Shown: positions 19,530 through 28,836, counted from the first letter of the stretch. The stretch is 64,000 nucleotides of DNA from Bryobacteraceae bacterium (GCA_036488895.1 DASXGT010000235.1:7205-71204), one strand, 5' to 3'. The notes: generated by a model not told the origin, from the sequence alone. Numbers and translations are program-made.

Positions 19530-20122
19530 TTTGCGATTTGGGCACGCCTGAGCAAGTCACAGAGGTAGCGAATGCAGTCCTCGAAAGCTTTGGTCGCTGC
19601 GACATCTTCGTAAACAACGCGGCAATTTTTCCGCTCACAGACTTGAAAACCATAACGCTCGAGATCTGGAGACGTGTACAGGCTGTAAACGTTGAACCGC
19701 TTGTGTTGTTTGCCCAGGCGTTTGTGCCAGGCATGGCCGAGGGGCACTGAGGTCGCATTGTCAGTACCGGTTCTTCAGTGACGCTATCGAAGCAGCAACA
19801 CGATCTCGCCTACATCACAAGTAAAGGCAGCATCCATGCGCTTGTGCGGGCACTGGCCAATGACTTGGGTGAGATGGGGATCACTGTCAATGCGATCGCG
19901 CCTACAGTTGTGAAAACTGAGGGTCTCGTTGCACGGATCCCTGCTGGCGGCCCTCCTGTCGAAGAACTAATAAAGCTCGTCGTCTCGCAGCAGACGATCA
20001 AACGGCCCAGTACGCCCGAAGACGCTGCCAACGCGCTGTCTTTTCTTGTCTCGGACGACGCAGCTTTTATCACGGGGCAGATCTTGCACGTGGATGGCGG
20101 CTTCAGCAGAAGTGGAGCGTGA
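19526..20122 (+). pseudogene. Short-chain dehydrogenase/reductase (SDR), 5'-truncated with an in-frame TGA
   Basis: ORFs 19502-19750 and 19778-20122 share one frame and are split by TGA at 19748-19750 (GMAEGH*GRIVSTGSS). SDR motifs are present (FGRCDIFVNNAAI, YITSKG, ITGQILHVDGG). The N-terminal TGxxxGIG Rossmann part is absent. Confidence 0.8.
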
Positions 20123-20230
20123 GACTCAACCAGCTTATGGGTGTGTCGACGGCAGACAAGTCACGCCGGCAGGTCTCCAGTCCTGAGAATGCACGAACGC
20201 GAAAACTTCAACCTACAAAGGAATTTAAGG

Positions 20231-21156
20231 ATGAGGACGACGATCTATCTAGCGACTGCTTGTGGCCTCGCGGTGATTCAGGGCCGCGATGAAAGCTGGG
20301 TCAGGGAGGTATGTTTGAACGACAAGCAGATCCAATGCGTTGCCGCTGACCGAACTCGAAAAGGCTTTGTTTACTGCGGAACATTCGGCAATGGAATGTT
20401 TAGAAGCGGCGATTGGGGGGAGCGACTTGGAACGCATTGCAGAGTTTCACTGAGCCTAACGTTATGGCGCTTGCATCGTCTCAATCTGGCATCCTTTACG
20501 CGGGAACGGAACTGAGCGCGATGTTTCGATCCGAGGATGGTGGCGAATCCTGGTGTGAACTGGAGACGTTGCTAACACTGCCTTCGGCGAAGTCCTGGAG
20601 TTTCTCGCCTCGCCTAGAATCCCATCACGTCCAGTCCATCCTTCCAGATTTGGTAGACCCGGCCCGTTTGCATGTAGCTATCGAGGCCGGAGCGCTGGTA
20701 TACGGCGATGATGCGGGATGCACGTAGTGTGACCGGGTTTCGGGCGCTCCGCGAGACACACATTGCCTCGCGGTTCACCCGCTTGATCCCATTCGACTGC
20801 ACTCAGCCGCAGGCAATGGTTATTTCGAAAGTGTCGATGGCGGTGATAGTTGGCGACCTATTGTTGACGGCTTAGAGGACCAGTACTGGTGGAGCATCGC
20901 CATCAGCCTTGCAGATCCAAAGACTCTCTTGCTGTCCGCCTCGAAGAACGCGTACGGAGCGCACTCTAAAGAGTCGGCGAACTCCGCCATCTATCGCCGC
21001 ACCGGAAGCGAAGCTTGGAAACCGCTACGAAAAGGTCTCCCCAATCCGCAAGGCTTGTGGATCCCTGTCGTGGCTGCGAGTTCTTTCCAGCCCAGAGTTT
21101 TCTATTGTTCAGCTGAGGGGATTGTCTACCGATCCGAGGGCGTAGAGCACCTGTGA
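20231..21156 (+). pseudogene. BNR/Asp-box beta-propeller protein (Ycf48/sialidase-like), one frameshift plus one nonsense codon
   Basis: Four Asp-boxes (SxDxGxTW) are visible: SGD|GGATW, SEDGGESW, GDDAGCT* and SVDGGDSW. The frame changes inside a G6 run at 20415-20420. TAG at 20725-20727 replaces the Asp-box Trp. The rest is open in one frame to 21156. Confidence 0.75.
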
Positions 21157-21221
21157 CGGTGCGCCGTAGAGCATTGCGAACGCGGTCTGGCTGACCGTCC
21201 GTAGTAAGAAGGTAATTTCGA

Positions 21222-21548
21222 TTAGAAGCCTGGTGGCTCGTCGCCTTCGAAACTTGGGTCGTAGCCGGCAAACAGCAGGCACTCTAATCGATCCGCCTGA
21301 AAAACGATGTCTCCCGGGACGCGTTTTCTTTCGAGTTGAATGAATTCGCGCAAGCCGTTGACCGAGTTCACGACGCTCTTGTGAATCTTAGTGTCGTCCT
21401 TGGTCATTTCTACGTAGCGACGAACGGCTTCGGCGAAAGCGGCGAACTCCTTGACTGGGTATCTTCTGTCGGAAAGCACCATCTCGAAAGAAATTCGAAG
21501 TTCTTCAACTTCTTTCGCGACGGCCTCCTTTATCGATTCTCGCGCCAT
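21222..21548 (-). CDS. Hypothetical protein (108 aa)
   Basis: Clean ORF with coding-like composition. No family recognised. Confidence 0.45.
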   Translation of the reverse strand: MARESIKEAVAKEVEELRISFEMVLSDRRYPVKEFAAFAEAVRRYVEMTKDDTKIHKSVVNSVNGLREFIQLERKRVPGDIVFQADRLECLLFAGYDPSFEGDEPPGF

Positions 21549-21967
21549 CCGTCTATGATTTTGCTACAGGTGAACATTGCCGGACAGAAGCCTATCAGTT
21601 CAGCGTCCTCAAACTGCGGCAGCGCGATTCGTCGAGGTGATGGACCATAACGCCGTTTATGGCCAATGTCAACATAGCCGACTCCCCATCGCAGTGGATT
21701 CCGCAATGCTTAAGCGACTTCCGGTGGTAATCTGAGCGAGCAGCCGACCGCATGTGACTGCAGCGCGATCATTTTCGCGAACCGCCGAGCAGTATGGGCA
21801 CCTGTGCTCGGTTGCGCATAGCTGGGGTTTTTCGGGCCTATTTTGCGCTGGACGCCCGACTGATCCGCCAGCCGATTCACAATCGACACCAGATGCACGC
21901 GACCATTCCGACGCAAGCGCTTCACTTCGCATATACTGGCAGACACGACCGAAATCTGGGGACTGTT

Positions 21968-24049
21968 ATGGATAGCGATCTTCTTAAGCGCCGGTCAACC
22001 CACTTCACTTTGTGGGCTCCGCAGCAGACATTGCCCGAGCTGCTGATTGGAACGTTCCAATTCGGCGCTCCGCCGTCGCATGTTGCGAAGCGCAAGCTAG
22101 CGCTCAATGCGGTCGCGGGCGCGACGGATCTTTGGGAAATTGCAGCGGCCAGTTGCGGACTGCAAGAAGGGAAGGTCTACCATTACTGGTTCGAGGTGAA
22201 TGATACGCGACCGGCAGGCGATCCGCACTCGCGCGTGCTCGTAACCGATCCACTTACTTTCACTCCGGACTGGCGATTGCCAGAGACAAATGATGAGCAG
22301 CCTGCATCGGTGATTCTGTTTCGAGGCGGTCACCTCGTACCGTGCGATCAGGACGGGACACCGATCGCCACACCTGCTGATGATAATCCGGGACAGCTCG
22401 CGGCGAATAACTTCACGATCATCTATGAGCTTCCAACTGCGTGGCTTCGGAGACCGAGAGGCGGGACCGAACGGGCCGTAGGTACGTTTCAAGACATTGG
22501 GGCCATGCTCGATCCGAGCTTAACGCCGCCGAACTTTGATGAACTCGAGGCTGGGCAGAAGGGCCACGCTCATATCGCGGACTTGGGAATCAATGCGATT
22601 GAGCTGCTTCCGCCGGCGGACAGTTACTACGAACGGCAGTGGGGCTACGGTACTTCGCATGTCTACGCACCGGATACTCAGCTCGGGCAGCCGGATTATT
22701 ACAGCTGGTCAACCGCGAACGGCGATCTTCGGAGCCTATCTGAGCTTTGCCATCGTTTGAAAATTCGGCTGATCGCGGATGTGGTGATGGCCTTTGAGCG
22801 CAGCGGCACGTATGAGCGTGCCTCGTACGACACGTTTCATATAGATGCAGACAAGGCTCCGGATAGCGATCCCGATAAGTTCAACTCGCGTCAGGGCAAC
22901 GACCGCAAACCGCGACAGAATTTCGGCAGCGCGCTGTGGCGCTTCGTGCGCCAGGCTACAACTTACGACCCGATCAACGGTGGCACTGCAACTTTGGTGC
23001 CGGCACGGAAACTACACTTAGTCGCCCAGGAGCGCTGGATCAGAGATTTTCACATCGACGGGTATCGCATTGACAGCGTCGAAAATGTCGCTAATTGGGA
23101 TTTTCTCCAAGAGTTCACGGACAGTGCACGCAACCAGTTTCGTGCCCGCTGCGCCGCGCACGGTCTTTTGGACACTGAAGCCGATGCACGATTTCTGGTA
23201 GTGGGAGAGGAACTGAATCTTCCGCTCGATATCCTGACCCAAGGTCGCATTACGGCGCTGTGGAACGACCGATTCCGCGAATTGCTGAGGTGTGCCGTGC
23301 TCGGCATCGCAGCCGACAACGAAAGCTTCGAGTCCACGGTTATGAAGATGGTCGATTGCACACGACTGGGCTTTAGCGATATGGCGCACGCCGTGAATTA
23401 CATCGGCTCGCACGATGTCGAAGGACTCCACAAAGAACGGATTGCGACTACTTTTCGTTATCAGTTCCCCAAGATTGACGATCCAAATCGCGCTGTCGAA
23501 AATGATAACCACAACAAGGAGATCGGGAAACGAGTCATCCTGGCTTTCTCATGTTTGTTGACGGCCGTGGGTATCCCGATGATCCTCGCGGGCGATGAAT
23601 TCGCCGAAGAGAACGATTTGTTCGATATCCACGGAACTGTCACGAATGATTCCGGGAAGCAAATCGATCCGGTGGATTTCACGCGCCTGGAAGACGCTTG
23701 GCGGCAACATGTGCTGAGTTGCGTAAAGAACCTCATACAGATTCGCAAGACGCATCCGGCGGTGGGTCAAAATGACACGAAATGGCTACATCACGATTCA
23801 ACACCGGGGAGACAAATCTATGCGTGGCAGCGCGGTGGCGACGATAATCCGGTCGTCGTGGTTGCAAACTTTTCTGAATTCGGAACGGACGATCCGTTTA
23901 ACCCTTCCTCGGAGTATGTCGTGCCGAATTGGCCGCGACCGAATGACTTCTCGTGGAAGGAGGTCTGTTTGAACCGGTCCGTAGCTGCAGGTCAGATCGG
24001 GCGTGAACCGCTTTTTCCTTGGGAGGCCAAGATATACGTGCATACTTGA
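21968..24049 (+). CDS. Alpha-amylase family glycoside hydrolase (GH13) with N-terminal E-set/CBM48-like domain
   Basis: GH13 conserved regions are present: IDGYRIDSVENV (region II), VVGEELN (region III Glu) and NYIGSHD (region IV). N-terminal THFTLWAP is like isoamylase-type N domains. ATG at 21968 is preferred over the ORF-track start 21794. Confidence 0.9.
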   Translation: MDSDLLKRRSTHFTLWAPQQTLPELLIGTFQFGAPPSHVAKRKLALNAVAGATDLWEIAAASCGLQEGKVYHYWFEVNDTRPAGDPHSRVLVTDPLTFTPDWRLPETNDEQPASVILFRGGHLVPCDQDGTPIATPADDNPGQLAANNFTIIYELPTAWLRRPRGGTERAVGTFQDIGAMLDPSLTPPNFDELEAGQKGHAHIADLGINAIELLPPADSYYERQWGYGTSHVYAPDTQLGQPDYYSWSTANGDLRSLSELCHRLKIRLIADVVMAFERSGTYERASYDTFHIDADKAPDSDPDKFNSRQGNDRKPRQNFGSALWRFVRQATTYDPINGGTATLVPARKLHLVAQERWIRDFHIDGYRIDSVENVANWDFLQEFTDSARNQFRARCAAHGLLDTEADARFLVVGEELNLPLDILTQGRITALWNDRFRELLRCAVLGIAADNESFESTVMKMVDCTRLGFSDMAHAVNYIGSHDVEGLHKERIATTFRYQFPKIDDPNRAVENDNHNKEIGKRVILAFSCLLTAVGIPMILAGDEFAEENDLFDIHGTVTNDSGKQIDPVDFTRLEDAWRQHVLSCVKNLIQIRKTHPAVGQNDTKWLHHDSTPGRQIYAWQRGGDDNPVVVVANFSEFGTDDPFNPSSEYVVPNWPRPNDFSWKEVCLNRSVAAGQIGREPLFPWEAKIYVHT

Positions 24050-24245
24050 GCACCCGCATGTCTTTCGTGACAGTATGACGTTGTCGGCTATTCCGGCCGC
24101 TTACCGTCGACCAGCACGCATCCGGAATCTCTTGGGTCATCACGCGATTACGCTCGCGTCACTTCGTCCGAATCATAACCACTTCGGACTGAACACGGTA
24201 ATCGCATTCTGCGCGAGCCGCGCCCAGTCCATGCCGCGGCAGGAG

Positions 24246-24410
24246 TTACGCAGCGACCGTCATGCTTTTGTAAACTCGATTCAGGACTGACTCAGGGATG
24301 AGGATGGTGGGGTAGCTGCGCTTGTATCTGATGCGAGGCCGACTATATCGAAGCCCACCGGGTTCTTTGAGGAAAAGCCGGCGCACGGTATCGCGCGACA
24401 TGTTCCACAT
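24246..24410 (-). pseudogene. AlpA/excisionase-like HTH DNA-binding protein fragment
   Basis: 54-codon ORF MWNMSRDTVRRLFLKEPGGLRYSRPRIRYKRSYPTILIPESVLNRVYKSMTVAA. The helix preceding the recognition helix is cut off by an upstream stop. It abuts the IS66 fragment. Confidence 0.35.
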
Positions 24411-24421
24411 CAGTGCGACTT

Positions 24422-24625
24422 CTGCGCAGCTTTATCGCCTCCTGTGAACTTCTCAAGCTTGATCCATTCGAATGGTTGCGCGATGTCCTTGCACGCATTC
24501 CAACGCATTCCATCCAGCAACTCGATCAGCTCCTTCCTCGCGCCTAGGCTGCCGCCCGCTCTTAATCACGTTTAGCGTTATCGGCTGTTTCCTCAGCCCT
24601 TCTCTGGTGTTTATGGGACGGATAC
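24422..24625 (+). mobile_element. IS66-family transposase C-terminal fragment with putative right inverted repeat
   Basis: Frame ...FIASCELLKLDPFEWLRDVLARIPTHSIQQLDQLLPRA* matches the conserved IS66 transposase C-terminus (..C.L.G.DP..YL.DVL.RI..H....I.ELLP). The 3' sequence GGTGTTTATGGGACGGATAC (24606-24625) resembles an IS66-type terminal repeat as I recall it. Confidence 0.55.
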
Positions 24626-25143
24626 TCAATTAGACCCTTGTCCTAGCACACCCAGGTGTTATTGGCTTACCTACTGAGAAAATGTCTTGCTAGCATTGCT
24701 CTCATTGTGCAAAATGGTCTTGCAAGACCCCGATAGGACCGCTGCGGCTTCGTACCGAATCGGGCACAGATTTGCCGGTTAAGTCTGCTTGAGGGACGCG
24801 AACGCCGTTTATGACCCGGCGGCTGCACTTCGGTGGTTTCAACAAATCAACGACTAAGGTGGGCCAAAACAAATTGCCGAAGTGGACCAACTCCCCATGG
24901 ACTGAACCCCAATTCTGAAACACTTTCCAGTGGCACTCTTTGCAGTGTGCAAGTGTGCCAATGGCAGTTTGTCTCAATGGCGGGGGTCACCCCACTTTAC
25001 CGGTGACCCGAATTGTGCCCACCTGTGTTTCTGCCCCGGTCCTCCGTGACTGGCACAACGCAGAATCCGCAACTTGCAGAAAACCCGTACCCCCGAATGA
25101 ACGAATCCCTCTTCCTCCGCCAGGAAATCAGTTTTCCGCCACG

Positions 25144-26715
25144 TTAATGGGGAGCAGCCATTGCCGGTGTCACGAGTGTTGGAACGGATGCTGCCGCGGA
25201 CGCCGGCACCTGGCTCGCGGCATTACTATTAGTGGGGAGTACGCCACTGCCGCTCGTCCCGGTCAGCGGTTGCTCCGGTTGCAAGCTTTGCATCAAGCTC
25301 TCGGCCGGGATCGATTTGCTGGGAGGAGTCACCGGAACGGGTCCGGTTACGGCGATTCCAGGCTGCTGTACCCCACTCACCGGGCCAGATTCCATAAATG
25401 GCGTCGGGAACTTAAGCTCCTGAGGAGGCGCGCCGGCCAGCTGCGGCCGAACCAGTTCCGGAGTCACTATCACCAGCAATTCGGTGTTCTGCCGGTTGGT
25501 ATTTTTCGATTGGAATAATTTACCAATGATCGGAATGTCACCAATAAAAGGCATTTTCTGGAAGGTGTCAGTCACGCGCCTATCCAATAGTCCGCTAATG
25601 GCAAAACTCTGTCCTTCCCCGAGTTCGACCTCGGTCTTCATCTTCCGTGTAGTTAACGCGGGAACATTGAAGCCCTGAATCGTCAGCCCATTGGTAAAAT
25701 CCAGGGAACTCACCTCCGGCGCCACCTGCAGATGGATGGTTCCGCGCGGCGTAATCGTCGGAATAAAGTTCAGGCGGACGCCGAATTCCCGGAACTGAAT
25801 CGTCACGGCGCCGACGCCTCCCGCGCTTCCCTGAAAGACCGGATACGGAAACTCTCCACCCGCCAGGAAACTGGCTTCCTTTCCGTCTTCAGCCAGCACA
25901 TTCGGCTCCGCCAGAATCTGCAGCACGCCTTTGATTTGGAGCGCCTGGATGGTGGCGCCTAAATTCAGGTCCGGCCTGAATAGAAATAGGTTGAGCAGGT
26001 TGCTGAAGACGAATGGATTGGTGGCGTTGTTGGGGTTTGGGGCTAGCGGAAGGGTTGGTCCCGGATATTGCCCGGTCCCTATTGCGCCAATCGTATTTGT
26101 GGCTCCGGTGCTGAAGATATTCAGCCCAAGCTGAGTGCTGAGATTCCGGTCCAGACTGGCAAAGCGCACCTTCAATAGAACCTGCGGGTTTTGCGTGGGA
26201 ACATTCACATACATGAGATTCACCACCCTCGCCACCGTGGAGGCGACGGCGATGGCGCGCGACATGCTCGTCAGGTCCTTGGCGGTACCGCGCAGGAAGA
26301 TCGCGTCGTTCTCGAAGCTGACCGTAATCTGCTGGCCGGGCAACTCCTTGCCCAACTCCCGGCGGACACTCTCCAACCGGGTATTCGCCAGAAATTGGTT
26401 GGGCCGCACGTTGACATCGAAGAACAGCTTGCCGCCCCCCTCCTGCCAGATAATCAGGCTGGTCGATCCGGGCGCCTTGCCGCTCACCAGCACTTCGCGC
26501 GGTCCGGCGGCTATCGCCTCCGCCACATCGCCAAATCCGACCGAGACCCGCTGCACCACCCGATCGCTCGTCACTACTGCGGATTTGCCCACCGCAATCG
26601 AGAGATCGTTGGGCGATTCCGCCGAATTCGATCCGGCGCTCTGTCCCGCCACCGAAACACCAAACACACAAGCCGCTGAAAAAACCGCCAGCGATCGCGA
26701 TAAAAGAGGACTCAA
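25144..26715 (-). CDS. cpaC: Tad pilus secretin CpaC/RcpA
   Basis: 523 aa with a signal peptide, an N-terminal BON-like region and the secretin core (...GEFPYPV...NVPALTTRKMKTEVEL..GQSFAISGLL...PFIGDIPIIGKLFQS...ELLVIVTPELV). There is a 4-nt overlap with cpaB. Confidence 0.9.
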   Translation of the reverse strand: MSPLLSRSLAVFSAACVFGVSVAGQSAGSNSAESPNDLSIAVGKSAVVTSDRVVQRVSVGFGDVAEAIAAGPREVLVSGKAPGSTSLIIWQEGGGKLFFDVNVRPNQFLANTRLESVRRELGKELPGQQITVSFENDAIFLRGTAKDLTSMSRAIAVASTVARVVNLMYVNVPTQNPQVLLKVRFASLDRNLSTQLGLNIFSTGATNTIGAIGTGQYPGPTLPLAPNPNNATNPFVFSNLLNLFLFRPDLNLGATIQALQIKGVLQILAEPNVLAEDGKEASFLAGGEFPYPVFQGSAGGVGAVTIQFREFGVRLNFIPTITPRGTIHLQVAPEVSSLDFTNGLTIQGFNVPALTTRKMKTEVELGEGQSFAISGLLDRRVTDTFQKMPFIGDIPIIGKLFQSKNTNRQNTELLVIVTPELVRPQLAGAPPQELKFPTPFMESGPVSGVQQPGIAVTGPVPVTPPSKSIPAESLMQSLQPEQPLTGTSGSGVLPTNSNAASQVPASAAASVPTLVTPAMAAPH

Positions 26716-27560
26716 CGGACTGCTCCTTGCGACGGAAATGTTTGTTCTACCTGCTTGGACCCGTTGATAACCTGGACCACAATCACCGCCGGCTTCTCTA
26801 CTCTGGCAGCCGTCTGGTGAAACACCACTGGCCTGGGCTTAGGCTTAGGCGCCGATCCGCCAAACAGCGTTGCCATCTCGGTTCCCGGCGGTTTGGTGAA
26901 CTGCCGGTCCAGCGGATTGCGCAGCACCAGTTGAATCTTCGTTTCATTGCTAGCCAGGCTCAGCAACTCCGCCTGCTCCGGCGTCACCAGCAGGTTCACC
27001 ACCTGCACCTGAACCGGTTTGCCTTCGTTGTCCTTCTGAAAATTGGTGCCGGCCGACAGCACCTCGAGGTTCTGAAGCAGCGTTTTCACTTTCATCCCCT
27101 CCGTGTTCACTTCGCCCGGGGTATTGTTCCCCGAGATGATCACGTCGACACGCATACCGGGCACTACGAAGCCTGCGACCCCGACTACTTCATTCACCTT
27201 CACCGCACACGCTCTCATACCCGGCGGAATGGTAGCCGCTAGTCCTCCGCCAGAGCCCGCCGAGGCCAAGCGCTTCTCCACCACCGGTTCGCCCGCATAC
27301 AGATCCGAGACCACGCCTCGTCCGACAGCCGTTTCCATCTTCAACACCACGCCCTTAGGCGCTTCGCCTACCACTTCGCCCATCTTTAGATCGCTTGTCT
27401 TGATCAACGTGCCCAATTCGAGATTTCTCGCGGCGAGGACTACTCGCGTTGTCTGATGCCTCCCCTTGATCTCGCTGCCCACCAGGCGGTACACAATAAA
27501 GCTCGCGCCAGCCGCTACAAAGAAAGCGCATAAAAGGATGGTTAATAATCTTCGGTTCAT
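26712..27560 (-). CDS. cpaB: Flp pilus assembly protein CpaB/RcpC
   Basis: 282 aa with an N-terminal TM helix and a SAF-like domain (VVLAARNLELGTLI...). Position is immediately upstream of the secretin gene. Confidence 0.85.
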   Translation of the reverse strand: MNRRLLTILLCAFFVAAGASFIVYRLVGSEIKGRHQTTRVVLAARNLELGTLIKTSDLKMGEVVGEAPKGVVLKMETAVGRGVVSDLYAGEPVVEKRLASAGSGGGLAATIPPGMRACAVKVNEVVGVAGFVVPGMRVDVIISGNNTPGEVNTEGMKVKTLLQNLEVLSAGTNFQKDNEGKPVQVQVVNLLVTPEQAELLSLASNETKIQLVLRNPLDRQFTKPPGTEMATLFGGSAPKPKPRPVVFHQTAARVEKPAVIVVQVINGSKQVEQTFPSQGAVR

Positions 27561-27795
27561 AAACCTTCACCAGCAGCCGCTCGAAATCGCGAGACTCGCT
27601 CGAAACTTTAGTGGCAAGCCAGAGGCCAAGCTCTCCGCCCACCGGTTCTAATGAACTCAATGGCTTAGAAAATACAAAGATTCCCGGTGTCTTCTGACGT
27701 TTACACGTCAAATGGCCGATGTGTAGATATGTTGACGCCCACCGATCGGCGGTCTTCGCTTATCATCGGGACTGTGATCTGCAGCTTGTGATCTC

Positions 27796-28836
27796 ATGCC
27801 CGTGATCAAACTATTCGATGATCCGGACCCGCCGAAAAGCCGCGCGCGTTTTCTGGCCGCGTTCAGCTCCGCAGTGCTTCATGCGTCGGCTGCAACCGCT
27901 CTGGTCGGGCTCGCGCTCGGGACATCGCCGGCCAGGCGGCCAACCAGACATTTTCGGGTAGAACTGCTGCAATTAAAAACTTCCATATCCTGGCCCCAGC
28001 GCCCGGCGTTCCGATTTATTTCGATGCCAAGAACCCAGGCAACCGCGGAAGCGCACCATTCCGCGCCTCTCGCCAGGAACAGAGCCCCGCAAACCCTGAT
28101 CGTTCCCGACGCACCGCCTGAGCTCAAACTGCCCAACCCCATCCCTGCGCCGTTTGCACTTTCCTGGCTGGCGATCAATCCCGCAACAGCTGGGTTGCCG
28201 CTGCCGGTAGGCGCAGCTGGACCGCCTCTACCCACAACCGGCATCCTCTCGTTGCCTGACGATCCGCCCATTGCCGTAAGGGTGCTGTTGGTTCCGAAGG
28301 TGAGCCAATCCCCCGGGGGTTCGAATTTGAACGGTGCAGGCCCGGATAACCAGCAGGCCGCAACCGAACCGCATCTCGACGAGAAGGGAAAGCTCACTCG
28401 CTTGGACCTTCCGCCGGACGGCAAGTTCCCAGCCTCGGTACTCGGCCCGTCTGTCAGCGAGCAGTATCCGGACATCGCCACCGGTCTGTCCGGCAAGATC
28501 GTATCCACGGTCTATCTGAAGGTTGGCGTTGGGAAAAGTTGGACTCTCGAGTGCTGGGCTCCCGGAGCCGCGCCCCTCGACCCTCCCTGGGCTTACGAGA
28601 TCTACCGTCCGGACAACCTGGAACTACCGCCCGAGACCGAAGCAATTCTCATTGGGGGAACAATCAATTCGAGCGGCCAGTTCGAGAACCTGCAACTTTT
28701 ACTGCCACCGGAATGGCCGCGGAAAGACACCCTGTTGCAAGCCCTCCAGCAATGGAAGTTCCGGCCTGCCGCCCGTGACGGCGAGCCGGTTGCGGTCAAA
28801 GTGCTGCTCGTAATCCCGCGCCAGCCGGAAGAGTAG
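27796..28836 (+). CDS. Membrane-anchored proline-rich protein with TonB_C-like C-terminal domain
   Basis: 346 aa with one TM helix (FLAAFSSAVLHASAATALVGLAL) and a long Pro-rich linker. The C-terminus LLQALQQWKFRPAARDGEPVAVKVLLVIP follows the TonB C-terminal pattern (..A...W.F.PA..NG.PV...). Confidence 0.5.
   Translation: MPVIKLFDDPDPPKSRARFLAAFSSAVLHASAATALVGLALGTSPARRPTRHFRVELLQLKTSISWPQRPAFRFISMPRTQATAEAHHSAPLARNRAPQTLIVPDAPPELKLPNPIPAPFALSWLAINPATAGLPLPVGAAGPPLPTTGILSLPDDPPIAVRVLLVPKVSQSPGGSNLNGAGPDNQQAATEPHLDEKGKLTRLDLPPDGKFPASVLGPSVSEQYPDIATGLSGKIVSTVYLKVGVGKSWTLECWAPGAAPLDPPWAYEIYRPDNLELPPETEAILIGGTINSSGQFENLQLLLPPEWPRKDTLLQALQQWKFRPAARDGEPVAVKVLLVIPRQPEE

Noticed and set aside
19748-19750. 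In-frame TGA in the SDR as a possible selenocysteine codon
   Set aside because: SDRs are not selenoproteins, and the position corresponds to a structural residue before the GRIV strand. I saw no SECIS-like hairpin immediately downstream. The gene is also 5'-truncated, so a pseudogene is the simpler reading.
21794-21967. N-terminal extensions proposed by the ORF track (GH13 at 21794; likewise 17373 for the ABC exporter, 37614 for the GT-C-like gene, 59279 for the aminoacylase, 61684 for the CBS protein, 37297 for flp)
   Set aside because: The extensions are compositionally non-coding. Internal ATGs with RBS-like sequences give sensible N-termini: a signal peptide, a TM helix or a domain start.
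24702-24977. 91-aa minus-strand ORF between the IS66 debris and cpaC
   Set aside because: No motif or RBS was recognised, and it lies in a region full of fragments. It may be more mobile-element debris, but I cannot assign it.
24984-25009. Hairpin GGGTCACC-N10-GGTGACCC downstream of cpaC as an intrinsic terminator
   Set aside because: No U/T tract follows it on either strand, and it lies about 135 nt after the cpaC stop. It may be structural or a binding site, but it is not supported as a terminator.
25889-26767. Alternative-frame and antisense ORFs (260 aa minus, 210 aa and 162 aa plus) inside cpaC
   Set aside because: Same reasoning: the secretin frame carries the conserved motifs, and the others are compositionally biased shadow frames.
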